A DNA stretch of 63,897 bases, counting the filler, from Perkinsus chesapeaki ATCC PRA-425 (taxonomy: Eukaryota; Protista; Perkinsozoa): assembly GCA_013115145.1 (NCBI GenBank). It is 7 parts of 7 records of this genome, joined end to end, with 100 filler letters (N's around TTAATTAATTAA, not from the genome) between each part and the next. Parts side by side here need not be neighbours in the genome. Positions count along the whole stretch, not along the records: positions 1 to 12,994 come from JAAPAO010000801.1; 6 more parts are not named here. One strand, written 5' to 3'. The number at the start of each line of letters is the position of its first letter. Position 1 is the stretch's first letter. The notes under the pieces are model-generated. The model worked only from the letters and a program-made list of their open reading frames with translations. It searched no databases and was not told the origin of the DNA. Positions 1 through 12,155 of the stretch are shown here, one piece after another. The translations under genes were made by a program, and so were the position numbers.

Positions 1-591
1 AGTAAGGGAAGTGGGAAGAGAAGTACTGTGGTTGGAGCCCGGAACTCCGATTCTGAGATAGAATCCCTCCAATATCCTCTAGCGGCAGATGGCCGCCATA
101 CAGTATTAACGTATGACATATGTGACCTCTACGGCCAAGTTTCTGCTCTAACCGAAATCGAACGAATTATAGTTTTTGACGTTAGCGCACGCCCATATGA
201 TCGACCTATGTGAGAGGTGTTGCAGTTATTCTCCAGACGCAAACCTTTCATGAGATTGTGCACTGCAAAGCCATCCGAAGAGTTCCGTGAAGAGAGTGTC
301 ATCCACAGTTGCGTAGTTTATGGTTAAGCCTTACCTCACTTGCGCGCATACATCTCTGTGCGTGCCGCACACAGCGTGCGTACAGACTCTGTACTACAGG
401 GTGGTTCGTTTGGGATGCTTACAGCTAAAACCCGAAACCCTCCGCCGTAGATGGTACTCACTGTGTGGTAGAATCATTATTCAATCATATGTTAGAAGTC
501 GGCAGGGTAAAGATCCGGAAGGTTAGCGGCAATTGTGACAGCTACCCCAGTCCTGTCGGGCATGCTGAAGCCGGCCGTGGTGCGATTGTTG

Positions 592-2102
592 TTACGGCCC
601 ATCCATCTCCTGAGTCAGTAGTCCCGACATAAGAGAGCGGTATAGCAGCAAGCCAAATTGGCTTAGCCAATTACCACCAGTGCCCAAAAGTTTTGGGCCA
701 AAACCTACTCGCAGCTGCAGGAGTGTCTGAATAGTGCTCTGGACCAGCACGTAGTTGCCTGTATCGATGCGAGTGGACACGTTGAAGAAGCAAATGGTGC
801 CGTTCTCTGTATAAACATCTCGGTTTAAGTTTGAAACGCACAGTTTCGGCACGCAGTTTCCCTCTACCTCGTTGTAGACTAGGTGCCCCAAACCTATTCT
901 GCCGCTAATTTGTGTGTAGTGCGTGTGATCTCGTAACCACAAAAACGAATACATCTTGTAGCCCTGACTGATTTGTTGAAGTTGACTTGGAAACCATAGG
1001 AGTGCAGGAAGTCGGAAAGTTTGTCTAAGTAGATGTTGGCGATTTCCTCGGTCTCAGCACCAATGAAAAGATCATCCTGATAGTGTCGAACATGGCTTCC
1101 TTCCGGCTGCTGAGAACTGAATTCTTCCAGCATGAATTGTACAGCTCTCGTGAAAAATAATGGGCTCCAGGACCATCCCTTGGCCAATCTGCAATATCTC
1201 CATAAGTGTAGTTTGCTTGTTCCATCAGCGGCGAACTCATAGCTTCTCAAACAAAAGAGAGGACGTATACCTTCTGGCAACCCGATTGAGCTCAACGCAT
1301 CTTTGAGGTCCAACTTGGCATAGAATACGGATGTCTTCTTCGGCCAGGTCTGTAAGATTTCCTGTGGTGTAGCTTGATATTGATGGTATGTGTCTTGGTT
1401 AGTCCTCCTTTGCGGCGTTTTGACGTATATCTGTCATAGTATAATAACGCCCGTAAGGGAGTCAGCAGATTAGAGAAAATCAAACTGCCTTGAGCCAACC
1501 CTAGAAGTAGGAGTCATATTTCTACGGTTTGACGCAGCATTGTCGGGGTCCAGTGGATGAGATTCTCATCAGTGATGAGTCATCATTAGAAGGCGTCCCA
1601 GTGGGGCGCCACAGGCAACTGTGAAAGAAGAGCGTTTCTTGTAGAAATAACCCTCGTACCGTCTCTACTCAATTGCCCGTTCCCGCCCGGCGTGATCCGC
1701 CGCCCCGGTCCGGGTATTGTAGTATCTTTGTCAAGCTTGGCTGGTAAATCAGCAAGTCAGGAATTGATCACCGCTCTCGGAGTCACGACAGGATTCTTCG
1801 TCGCCATTTCCGGGGTGATGATACAGCGAGTGACACTGAAGGTATGTCGAATACGTAAGCATGGTGAGATATTCTTCGTACTCTTCATCCCATAATGTAA
1901 CTTGAACCGCGTCGCCTTTGTCGATTATTCCGACATTGTGTTCTCTTTTGCGTAGCAGGTATGAATTATACCGTATGATCCTGTAAGATTGTTCGCTTTT
2001 GAGCCTCAGAGACTCTGGAGATCTAGAGTCTAGATCAAAACTCGTCTTCAATGGGGGACTGGGCCATAAATAGTGCCCCATAATGTTCACATTCGTGCTC
2101 AT
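592..2102 (-). mobile_element. Degenerate LTR-retrotransposon pol remnant (RT plus downstream region), frameshifted
   Basis: ORF 894-1313 has the RT motifs LDLKDALSSI, HYQDDLF, GFQVNFNKS and FCGYEI. Flanking ORFs are broken by frameshifts and stops. Confidence 0.75.
650..671. repeat. 7-8-7 inverted-triplication scar, 8-mer AAGCCAAT
   Basis: aagccaa+attggctt+agccaat, perfect. Confidence 0.9.
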
Positions 2103-2131
2103 TCGCCGCGTTGATTACCATTATACTGGGA

Positions 2132-2153
2132 CTTGCAACTTGCAAGTTGCAAG
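2132..2153. repeat. 7-8-7 scar, 8-mer CTTGCAAG
   Basis: cttgcaa+cttgcaag+ttgcaag, perfect. Confidence 0.85.
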
Positions 2154-2642
2154 CGCCTGGGATGAAGAGGACGATTACCGTCGGACCCGACGGCCCGGGA
2201 TCGCACAAGAGCACGCGAGCTCATATCACCTCATGAGATGATAATATCATCTCATATGAAGGTCTAGGCGTAGGGCTTGGCTATCATCCATCAACACCCC
2301 TGCACTTGTTGTGCAACTGCGGCAGTTCAACTGCCGTGTGTGCTTCGAAAGAATGACTGTTAGCTATATACGATAATGGACGAGCGGGAGTCTTGCCTTA
2401 GAGTGTGAATCTCAGATTGGATAGAGAACATTCAAGACTGGCAAAGGCATTGGAACACTCTAACTGAAGTCACTGAGTTAATGGCTATCAATTCATAGGA
2501 AGTTGCGAACATCGCCGCTTCGACTTTCACATGCTTCCGGTGGCTTTCCGGAGATCAAGAAGCAAATGATGGATGGCATAGAGTGATGCCTCCTTCTATG
2601 ATTAACTGACATCAATGGCATGATAGATATGAGTTTGAGAAA

Positions 2643-4177
2643 CCTTACTAAGGTGCTTCAACTGCGCCTCTTTGGCTCTATTCTTGTCCTGCATTATTCT
2701 GGCTTTATCTCTATCCATGTCTCGCTGCATTTTTAGCTCGTCTTCCATCACACGTTTTTCAGCTAACTCCATCACTCCACGTTCACCATTCGTTCACCTC
2801 ACCTCGCTCCTCCACTCGTTCATAATGTCCTGTATGCCTCCTTTGGCCGTCCCCTCTGTGATGATAATGTCCCCTATGGCGGTAACGCCTGCTGATGCTC
2901 GATGGTATCCGTGGCAATCATGAAAGGGCTCACCTCGGGAACATCGTTGTATGAGGCGACGCATTGTCGGAATGGACAGTCGATACTAAAGAGGGATTAC
3001 ATGGCAAATAGCAGACCTTGTCCGATGTTACAGGAAGTCGTGGTGTGATGGAGGTGAGGATTGTCCGTAAGGTGAAATAACATAATAGCTTAACGGGGAG
3101 TCACTGCAGTTGTTTGATTGGCAATACTAAACCCTAGTGAGGCAGAAGAGGTTATGGTAGGCATGGTAGCGACGATGGTGGCAAGCTCTTCGGGAGTTTA
3201 AGAAGATCTGCTGCAGTTGTAAAGCCTCATAGCTGAACCCTGAGCATCAGTTATCTCGACTGATTCGCCCGTGCCTGGCTACTCGCCTTTATGGAAGAAG
3301 AACTCAAGACCTGGCATGAATCCTGGTGATGGTTTCGGACGGTCGTATAGAGCCAAAGGTGCCAGCGGGCTGACGAAGGAGCTCGCTTCGTGCTCGTCGT
3401 AGCAACACTTAGGAAATGATGTTGCCGTGTTGGCTTGTTGATGATGGGGTGATGAAGGCCTAAACGGGTCACTTCGCTCAGTGTACAACCTAGCTTACAT
3501 GAACTCAGTCGGGATGACGGTGTAATGATGGAGGCACATTAGGTTACTAAATCACCACTGATAGATTAATTTACAACTCATCACTAACTTAATAATCACC
3601 AAAATGCTGTGACATGTATAATGCATAGCAGCTTGCAGACATTACACCTAGAGGAAGGCCAATGACCTTTCCAACCTTCCCATCACCACTGGCTTTAAAA
3701 AGTGAGATGCTGTAAGACCCATCAATGCATCGATACTGAAACCTGACTTGAGCATTAATGCAACCGAAATTAATAATGCTGCTAACCATGATGCTTGCTC
3801 TTGCCAGTAGTGTGCTTATGGTGATGGCCTTTATGATGCTTGTGCTTGTGGTGGTGGTGGTGATGGTGATCGGATGTATGACCTTTATGATGGTCATGAG
3901 TGTGGTCATGAGTGTGATCATGAGTATGAGCATGATGTCCATGTGAAGTACTGCTGCTGCTGGTGCCGTTGCTGAATGTTGACCTAATGCTTCCGCTTCA
4001 ATGGTCAATAACACTATTTTATTAATTACGCGATCAAATTATCTGCATTTGGCATCATTCCAGTAGCGCCTAGAAATAACGGTAACCAGCGTGGACATAG
4101 ATCACCTTACCCAGGTCACCATCAGCCGATGGAAGAGTACCAAATGAAGTTGAGGAATCCAGATGGATGATCGGCAT
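2643..4177 (-). CDS. Multi-exon gene of unknown function with a His-rich exon and a downstream coiled-coil exon; boundaries uncertain
   Basis: Phase-consistent GT-AG introns at 4070-4110 and 3984-4029 join MPIIHLDSS..GDLG/ATGMMPNADNLIA/STFSNGT..HGHHAHTHDH. A coiled-coil stretch EKRVMEDELKMQRDMDRDKARIMQDKNRAKEAQLKHL lies near 2650-2765. Linking the distal exons to the same gene is inferred. Confidence 0.45.
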
Positions 4178-4533
4178 TTATGATATGCACTTTTGTTGTC
4201 ACTTTTGTATTGACCAACTCAATCACATTAATGAAGTATTCGAAATGAGCGTCGAACGCTACTATTTGAAACTATTACAACATAAACCTATCAGTAATAG
4301 AGGAAGTGAAAAATCACCAACTCGATAGCACTAATGGTATGCTTTCACACCCACCACCAACAAAGATGAGTTCGACCTAACTTTTACGTGTCTAACACTG
4401 ATGATGGCGTAGTCGGAGCACTCTATGATGGGTAGTGTGAAGAACGGTGGATTGAATCGTGTAGATAGCAGCCTTATCACCGATGAAAGAAGCATTAACC
4501 TTTTTTTAACCGCTATCGGTAAAGAGGGACCAT

Positions 4534-6042
4534 TTAATGGTACTTGGCAAGGAAGTTCTTCTGGAACTCAGCAAGCTTACCAATCATCTCCTTCATCATA
4601 TCATCAGGGGGAAGGATGGTAATTCTGAAATGGTTGGTTCCCTCAACCTCCTTGAAACCGTTACCAGGGACACAGACGATACCAGTCTGCTCGACAAGAT
4701 CGAGGCAGTACATAACATCAGCACTGGCGAAACCGCGGGCCTCAGCAGCTTCAGTGGCCTTCTCAGGAAGGTCGATCTTGACGAAGGCGTACATGGCACC
4801 CTGTACACGCTGGCAGCTCATACCCTCGATGTTGTTGAACTCCTTGGTGATTGCCTCAGCCCTTCTGTGAAGACCATCATAGATGTACTGACGCTCCTTC
4901 TTGAAGAGAGGATAACTAGGACCATCCTCAGGAGGGGGAGTGCACATGAGACCAACGAAGATCTGACCCAAAGTGTTAGAGGAAAGGCAAGAGGCAGCAA
5001 CCTTGTTGAACTGAGCAAGAGTGGGCTCATCAAAGCCAACAAGCTCCATATAACCACCACGCTGACCACATTCACCAAGAAGGCCCTTAGAGGTAGAATG
5101 GAAGCTGACAAGCTGGACAACATCGAACTTGGCGGGGTCCTCCTTCTGAAGATCACGAAGGATCTTCTTGAAAGAGAAGAACTTCCTCTCAGTGTAAATG
5201 TTCTCCTGATAGACCTCATCAGCCATAATGAGAAGGTTGTGCTCCCGGGCGAAGGTGATGATACCGCGGATATCCTCCTGACTCAACACGGAACCGCACG
5301 GGTTACCGGGGTTGATGACGGCAATGGCCTTGAGGTTGATACCCTAAAAAGGAACATTATTTCTAAACTCAGAACAACAAAAGTAAATGCTTACCTCACT
5401 GATGGCCCTGTCATAGGATCGCTTGAGCTCCTCCTGAGAGACGCTCCACCCGTTCTCCTCCTTGAGGTAATAATAATCGTAACGGCCACCGTTCATGGTA
5501 AGAGCGCATGAGTAAAGGGGATACTGGGGGCAAGGCAAAAGGATACCATCGACACCAGGCTTGGCAATAACCATATCGATAACACGCTTGATGCCCTCAG
5601 AAGCACCAGTGGTGAGGAAGAGCTTCTCGGTATCACAAGGATAACCATCACGTCGTTGAATATAATCAGCAACTTGCTTGCGAATGCAAGGGAGACCAGG
5701 GCTCATAGTGTAACCGCCAGTTCCAACACCATTACTGCCGTCCAAATAGTATTTGGCAGCAGCCTTAACATCCTCGGGGAACTCGGAGGACTCCATAAGA
5801 GCGGGATAAGTGCATATTGCGGCAACTTGACGGTAATAAGTAATAGGCTTCTGGCCAACAACTTGAGGGTTGCCGATGTTGCAAGGAATAGTATGCTTGA
5901 AGGGGACAGTCTTATCACCCTCAGCAATCCTCTTGTTCATCTCGGCAGCCTTGGCAACGACAGCACCGCGAACGGCGTACTCTGCCTTTCGGACGTTTTG
6001 GTTCATCGTCTCGACGTTGAGTCCTTGATAGCTGCTAGACAT
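4534..6042 (-). CDS. GPT: Alanine aminotransferase (PLP-dependent, class I/II); join 5395-6042 and 4534-5343
   Basis: Motifs NIGNPQ, PQYPLYS, INPGNPCG, ADEVYQEN and SFHSTSKGLLGECGQRGGY. A 51-nt GT-AG intron (5344-5394) restores the frame AISE/GINLK. Confidence 0.95.
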
Positions 6043-6757
6043 GGTGATTAATCCTTTCCAATAAAACTAACGACAAATTATCATCAGACTGCAAAGGGAG
6101 AGGGACGACCATAACATTTCGGAATCGAAGACGCTAAAGATGCTTGCTGACACAAAGCGAGCTTGAATTGTCTAACAGATAAACAGCGGAGCGGTGTAGC
6201 TTAGGAGCATGATATGTCCCGTTACGATTTAACGACTAATGTTTAATCTTGTATGTATCTTGCACTCTTCTAGCTCGGATACTCTTAAATATTCAAATCC
6301 CATTACCTTATCCCTTGGCCCTCGAACCGATCGTGACGAGAGACCGACTATCTCTCTCTTGCGCGGCCGTTGCACGCACGACCAACTAAACAGCGCGCGC
6401 CCCGAAACTTACGACCAATTCCGAAAACGAATCATGCATACAAGATTTCTAAGAAGGCTTTGTTATCAATTAATGTGAATATTAGACCAGTGCAATAAAG
6501 GATGTTATAGCTGGTAATTAGTAACCATCGAAACAGGTTATTCGATGATGATGACGACGACAGTGGAGCATTATTGAAACACTCAAACCGGCAAGTGGTG
6601 GGTAAATCATATTTTCTAAAGAAACCACCGCTTTTCTGAAGAGGTATCTCGCTGCGGTTTCCTTCTCCTTAAAGAAACGTCCTCGGTCGTTGTGACTTCG
6701 GGTTTTCGGTTAACATGTGCGCAGTTAGTAACAATCATTTCAGCGTTAAATTTATTT

Positions 6758-7336
6758 ATGAGCAAGTCATTATTTCCATCAAATCTAATCGAAGTAGCCG
6801 GTGGTAAGGATGCCTTCGAACAGGTGGCCAAAAGATTCTACGAGCTCTCATTCGAGGACCCTATCCTAGGATGCCTTTATGAGGATAAATCCGAACCTCA
6901 TCACTTGAGATTCGCCGCTTGGTTTTATTCGGCTTGTGGTATCGATGATGTCTATAAGCGTATGGGCGGCACTCGTCATGTCAATAAAATGCATAAGAAG
7001 TCTCAACATTGTCCATTACGTGGAGAAGCCCCTAAAGAAGCCGGTTATGTTGGTGATGGTTTTACCGTTCAACAGAGGAATAGATGGCTAAAGCTTCAAT
7101 TGCAGGCTTGTGAGGAGTTCAAACTCCCTAAAGATGAGTTTATTAAACCTTATATTCGAGGACTTAGTAAATTCATGGTCGTCTATGGACCATTCACAGA
7201 AGCTAGATCAGAGGAATCTGAGAGTGTGGCAAGCAGCAAATGTCCCGTAAAACACGATGAGACAAACACCGCTGCAGTAGTTCAGACAATGAAAGAAGCT
7301 ATCATCGATCGAGGTGTGCCAAAAGCATCGATTTAA
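6758..7336 (+). CDS. Truncated (2/2) hemoglobin-like protein, group II-like
   Basis: GGKDAFEQVAKRFY..DPIL, HHLRFAAWF, KMH (candidate proximal His) and QRNRWLKLQLQAC resemble the GlbO-type helix pattern. ATG at 6758. Confidence 0.7.
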   Translation: MSKSLFPSNLIEVAGGKDAFEQVAKRFYELSFEDPILGCLYEDKSEPHHLRFAAWFYSACGIDDVYKRMGGTRHVNKMHKKSQHCPLRGEAPKEAGYVGDGFTVQQRNRWLKLQLQACEEFKLPKDEFIKPYIRGLSKFMVVYGPFTEARSEESESVASSKCPVKHDETNTAAVVQTMKEAIIDRGVPKASI

Positions 7337-7478
7337 GTCTATCTATTCTCTAATACGATTTGTACTGTAGTTCCTATATAAAAGAGTGTTTCTGATATTT
7401 TATATTAAGTTTCATATATTGCTAATACCATTGTGTTTGTCAAGTCACCATCGTAGTGTATGCCGCAGCTTTTAAGGT

Positions 7479-10321
7479 ATGGCGTGGTGCCTACTATCAG
7501 TTTTATCGACCCGTGGCCTCTGCTGCTTACTTGCTGTCGTCTATGTAATAGACATTTTAGCAACAACCCATCTAAATGCGGCTCACACCTTTTCGACGCA
7601 ATCACTCAAATGGTTGGGTCTCGCGCGGGTTATTCTGACACCTCTAGCTTTCCTTACTGCATACATTGTCTGGAACAAGAGAGTAGGGCAACTTAGAAGG
7701 CTTGAAGACGATCAGCTGCTACTACCTCTAACAGGCGGTGGTGACCTCACCATCGAACGTGAGCGCCTGAGAACCATCGCGGGTGAGAAGAAAAAAACAA
7801 GTCGAATCATCAACGTCTTCATCGCCGCAGCATTCGTGATTCAAACAGTGTCGGCGGTCTCAACGGGCATAACAGCAGTGCAGTTGAAGAGTTTCAACTC
7901 CTCTGGTGATGTTGTCATGCTATGCTCGCTTATATTCTGGGCCAACCTTGAGTACTTCCTGGCAAAGGATATTTTTAATAGTAAATGCTCGGACCCGGGT
8001 GAGCTACTCGTTGGTGTTCACCTTCATCCGGTATTCTTCATGACCGATATGAAATGTCATTCCTGTGATGTATGCATGGAGAGGATTGAAGATGATGGCT
8101 ATCGTTGCAAAACATGTGATTTCGATGTCTGTCTGAGATGCCATGCTCGTCATCGTCGTGAGAGTGTCCCACTAACAACAGACGGCAGTGCCACTACTGG
8201 TGGGCTAAGTCTTTGTCAGTTCTTCTGTCGATCGATACAGTTGGCTTTAAACTTCTGGCCAACATTACTCGCTGCTATGATATGTATGATGGCTTGCCAG
8301 GCTACGGTACTGGCGGCTCCTAACTTGCAAGGTCGAATATTTGATTCCATTATTAAATGGGATCAACGTTTATTTGCCAACACTATTTACATATACCTCT
8401 GCGTCAACTTACTCCAAGGTCTACTTGCAGCTGTTCAGAGCCTTACTTTGAACTTGGTGGCTCGGCGCATCCGTGCTGCTGTTTGCTGTAAATTGTACAT
8501 ATCGTTGATTGGACAAGATGTAGCCTTCTTTGATGCAACTCATACAGGCAATCTCACATCGAGACTCAACAATGACGCTGCTGCGATGACTAATCCTTGC
8601 CGAACTATATTAAATAACTTAGTGGCCAATGTGGTGTTGCTGATCGGTGGTGGTATTATGTGTTTTATAACAAATTGGCGACTGGGCATCCTCGCTGCAA
8701 CATCGATGATTCCTATATCGTACGCGTATCGTCTATATGCAAAATGGTCACGTCAAGTTTATTCCACTATTTATCAAGCAATGGGTGACGCTAATTCGGT
8801 GGCAACAGAAAGTTTTGGTAACATAAGAACGGTGAGAGCATTCGGTGCGGAAGATACTGAGATTGCTAACTATAATGAAGCAGTCGAAGTTAGTCTTAAA
8901 GCTGGAGTCCGAAGTGCTGTGGTCGGCGCTGGTGTCTATGGTTATGCTAAATACATCGATTTGGGCACGACAGTGCTTATCTTATGGTATGGTGGTAGCG
9001 CAATATTTAATAACAATAATGTCACACTGGGAACTTTGGTGGCATTTCAACTATATTGGAATATGATGAACTCGGCATTCAATGCTTTAAGTGATGTTAT
9101 TAATGATTTGATCAGAGCAGCTAGTGCTGCTGAAAGAGTATTCGATTTGATGGACAGACAACCTAAGATAGATCCAACAGCAGGCGAGGATATCGATACC
9201 GTTTTGGGCGATATTGACATCCACAACGTCAGTTTCTCCTATGCTTCTCGTCCTGACAAAATGGTGCTTAAATCAGTTAGCTTGTCGATGAAAAGCTCTA
9301 CAGTGACAGCATTGGTTGGTAAATCTGGTGGTGGTAAGAGCACGTTGGTTCATTTATTATTAAGATTTTATGATCCAACAGAAGGAAGTATTCTCATGGA
9401 TGGTGTCGACTACAAAACTTACAAACCATCTAGTCTGAGGTGAACAGCATCATAACCCTGCTCTCCGTTAACTAGACCTATCAGGTCTAAAATCGGTCTA
9501 GTTGCCCAAGATACGCAGTTGTTCTCTTCATCAGTGTATAAGAATCTTACCTATGGACTGGATAGGGAATGTAATGATGATAAAAGGAAAGTGTGGCGAT
9601 GATGTTCCTCCTCCTCCTCAGGCACTATGGATGAAGTGGTATCAGCAGCACGGATGGCGAACGCTCATGAATTTATTACAGAGATGGATGAAGGATATGA
9701 AACACGTGTTGGTGAGAGAGGAATTCGTCTTTCGGGTGGACAAAAGCAACGTATCGCCATAGCGAGGTGATCTCCTACTGTGAAGATGTGGTCATCTTTC
9801 ACCTCAGATGTTTCCTCCGCAAACCTCGAATACTTTTACTTGATGAGGCCACAAGCGCACTTGATACCGAGAATGAATCCTTAGTTCAAGCCGCGCTAGA
9901 TGGGTAAGGTTGCTGTATAAAAATGTTCCAGCTTGATGGAATAACGAGGCTCTAGTATCCCATGTTACATTATGATCTCCAACGTTGTATGTGCTGCCGA
10001 TTACCACCGATCCCTTATTATTTGTTTTCAATTTCAGACTAATGGCTACTGGCAACTGTACAGTCATCCTGGTGGCCCATCGCCTCAGTACCGTCAAAAA
10101 TGCCAATACAATTGCTGTCATCAGCGAGGGAAGTATCGTAGAGAAAGGGAGACATGAAGAGCTGCTCCATTTGAATGGTATGCTTGAAAGAAAGGGCTTT
10201 ATTAAGTCATTCATCAGGGGTATATGCTAAATTAGTCGCACGGCAACTCAGCCACGACGCGAATAGATTGCCTGTAGACGGGACAGTTGACGGACTTTTT
10301 GATGGAATGAAAGCCGCCTGA
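7479..10321 (+). CDS. ABC transporter B-family half transporter with extra N-terminal TM segments and a Cys/His zinc-finger insert; multi-exon 3' part
   Basis: TMD motifs (FFD..TG.LTSRL, E....IRTVRAF), Walker [10 protein letters not shown], signature LSGGQKQR and Walker [12 protein letters not shown] across short GT-AG introns. Ends ..GMKAA* at 10321. Confidence 0.93.
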
Positions 10322-10822
10322 GTTTTTCATCTAATATGCCTTTATATAAACTTACGTCGGGCTTGAGTTACCAAGTATCCAACGAACTTGCTCGTACCCG
10401 TGAAATGGATGCTAGCAGGAGTCTACGTGCAAGAGTTGTGGCGTGTGTCGCAGGGAGAGCGGTCTGCATCATCCCTGGTGGCTTGCTAGGGATCACTGGT
10501 GATGAGATACCCGATACGAGTGACTTCATCCAATGGAGTATCAGAGGACAGGTTACAACAACTAACTATGCTACACCCTCGTCGCAGTGTAGGTATGCTA
10601 TCTGCTGCTGCGTAGTGTATGCAGCAGCAGATAGCAGATAGCAGGCAATTAGGAGTTACCACACTACCACAATTGGTAGTTATATCGGACAATTGTATGG
10701 ACTCGCCACTGGCGGTGACATATCCAAGGTGACATGGTGTTCATGCGTGCAACGAGACTGTCTCTTGAACTGCAGAAGAAGTTTTGCAATCAAAGCACAC
10801 GGTTTGCTGGAGTCAACATATA

Positions 10823-11035
10823 ATGTACTCTCGTTGGTTGGCTATACTACTTATTATGCTATGGTTGCAGGAGGCTGCTGGTGGGGATAAAGAAGCACAT
10901 GCCAAGTGCCAGAAGATCTCTAATGAAATGTGTGGTGGTTCCAAGGCCCTCTGTGATTGCACATTCGGTCATTGCTATAATAGTAATATAGTCAAATCGT
11001 GTATGGAAAAGTTTCAGTGCAGCTGCTCACGTTGA
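10823..11035 (+). CDS. Small secreted cysteine-rich peptide (signal peptide plus 8 Cys), 70 aa
   Basis: MYSRWLAILLIMLWLQEAAGG followed by DKEAHAKCQKISNEMCGGSKALCDCTFGHCYNSNIVKSCMEKFQCSCSR*. Confidence 0.55.
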   Translation: MYSRWLAILLIMLWLQEAAGGDKEAHAKCQKISNEMCGGSKALCDCTFGHCYNSNIVKSCMEKFQCSCSR

Positions 11036-11945
11036 ATATCCCATCCTAGGGGGGCTGATGATCCGGTAGCATTTGTCACCTGTTGTAGTTGTCAACAACG
11101 GATTTAGTAGTCAAACGATTAATAGAAGTACCCTCGGATGTTGAGTTGATGAAGTTTGCGAAGATCAAACGCAAGTTGACTCAGATTGCTGGATGATTAA
11201 GAATTCGTCTGCAGTCGGGAATAAGAAGGTGTCCGGTAGCGCTCGGCGTACGGTTCTTCGGGCGTGTTATATCAAGAGCTCCCCAGTAGGTCATTGCAGA
11301 AGGATTCGTAAGGTTCAAGAATTCCTGACACCTTTAGATTATCGTCGTTTCCGTCGTATGTTGGCATGATCCGTGCCCAACGCAGCATCCCCTCTCCTCA
11401 TCGCTAATGTTCGCTCTTTCAGAACTAGTATATCAAAATATGTGTTGTTCTGATACAATACACGCTAAACACGCAAGACATTCTAACTAACACGGTCAAC
11501 AAAGTCCCTAAAAGTTCCCCTACACAGGCTTCCTAATGCTTTCCGCCCACAGAGTGGGAAAAACCGATTCACCGAGCTCATCATGCCATTCGGAAGCTGG
11601 ATGTCGCAAGCAATTATCAATTCGGAGGGGCGGCATCATGGAAGGTGACAGATGAAATAGAGCGTGTCACGCCTGATGCAGGGTTGCCCCGTAAGCAACC
11701 CCTGAAGGCATAACACAGTCGCACGGAGAAACATGCGCTTCCAACACATTGCATATAGCTCAGGAAGTGGAGCAAGTCCTCCCAATAGCCAGGCAGGAGA
11801 GGGTTCATGTTAAGAATGATATCGTTCTTTCCCCGTGGAGGAAAGAAACTCACGAGACGCCTTTATCTTACAGATGCCCGCCTCTCGTGGGAGGCTGGGA
11901 GCTAACGAACTCGGGTTGGCATTCCAAGTCGAAGATCTTGCCAAG

Positions 11946-12155
11946 TTAAAAATAGACTTGGTCCCGATACCCATTCCTCTTGAATATGCACACCTTTGAG
12001 CACAGAAGCGGCTTTTGATACATTGTTGATGAGAACAGCCCAGACTCACACCAGGCTATGCAACACGCATTGGTACACGTGCCCCTTGGCCATGGTGCAG
12101 GAAAAAAGTAACACTTCTTTGACAATCCTTCAGGCCTCTCAGGATAGGAATTCAT
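11946..12155 (-). CDS. Possible Cys-rich small ORF (7 Cys), no signal peptide
   Basis: KKCYFF..TCTNACCIAWCES..LCSKVCIF; no recognisable family. Confidence 0.2.
   Translation of the reverse strand: MNSYPERPEGLSKKCYFFPAPWPRGTCTNACCIAWCESGLFSSTMYQKPLLCSKVCIFKRNGYRDQVYF

Noticed and set aside
1488-1497. TTGGCTCAAG on the minus strand, matching the 3' end of the dinoflagellate/Perkinsus spliced leader
   Set aside because: Only 10 nt match and the upstream bases disagree. Such a match is not unlikely by chance in 128 kb of searched sequence.
4537-5511. 324-aa plus-strand ORF and other long ORFs opposite ALT, pol and RBM39
   Set aside because: Antisense shadows of codon-biased genes with no motifs of their own.
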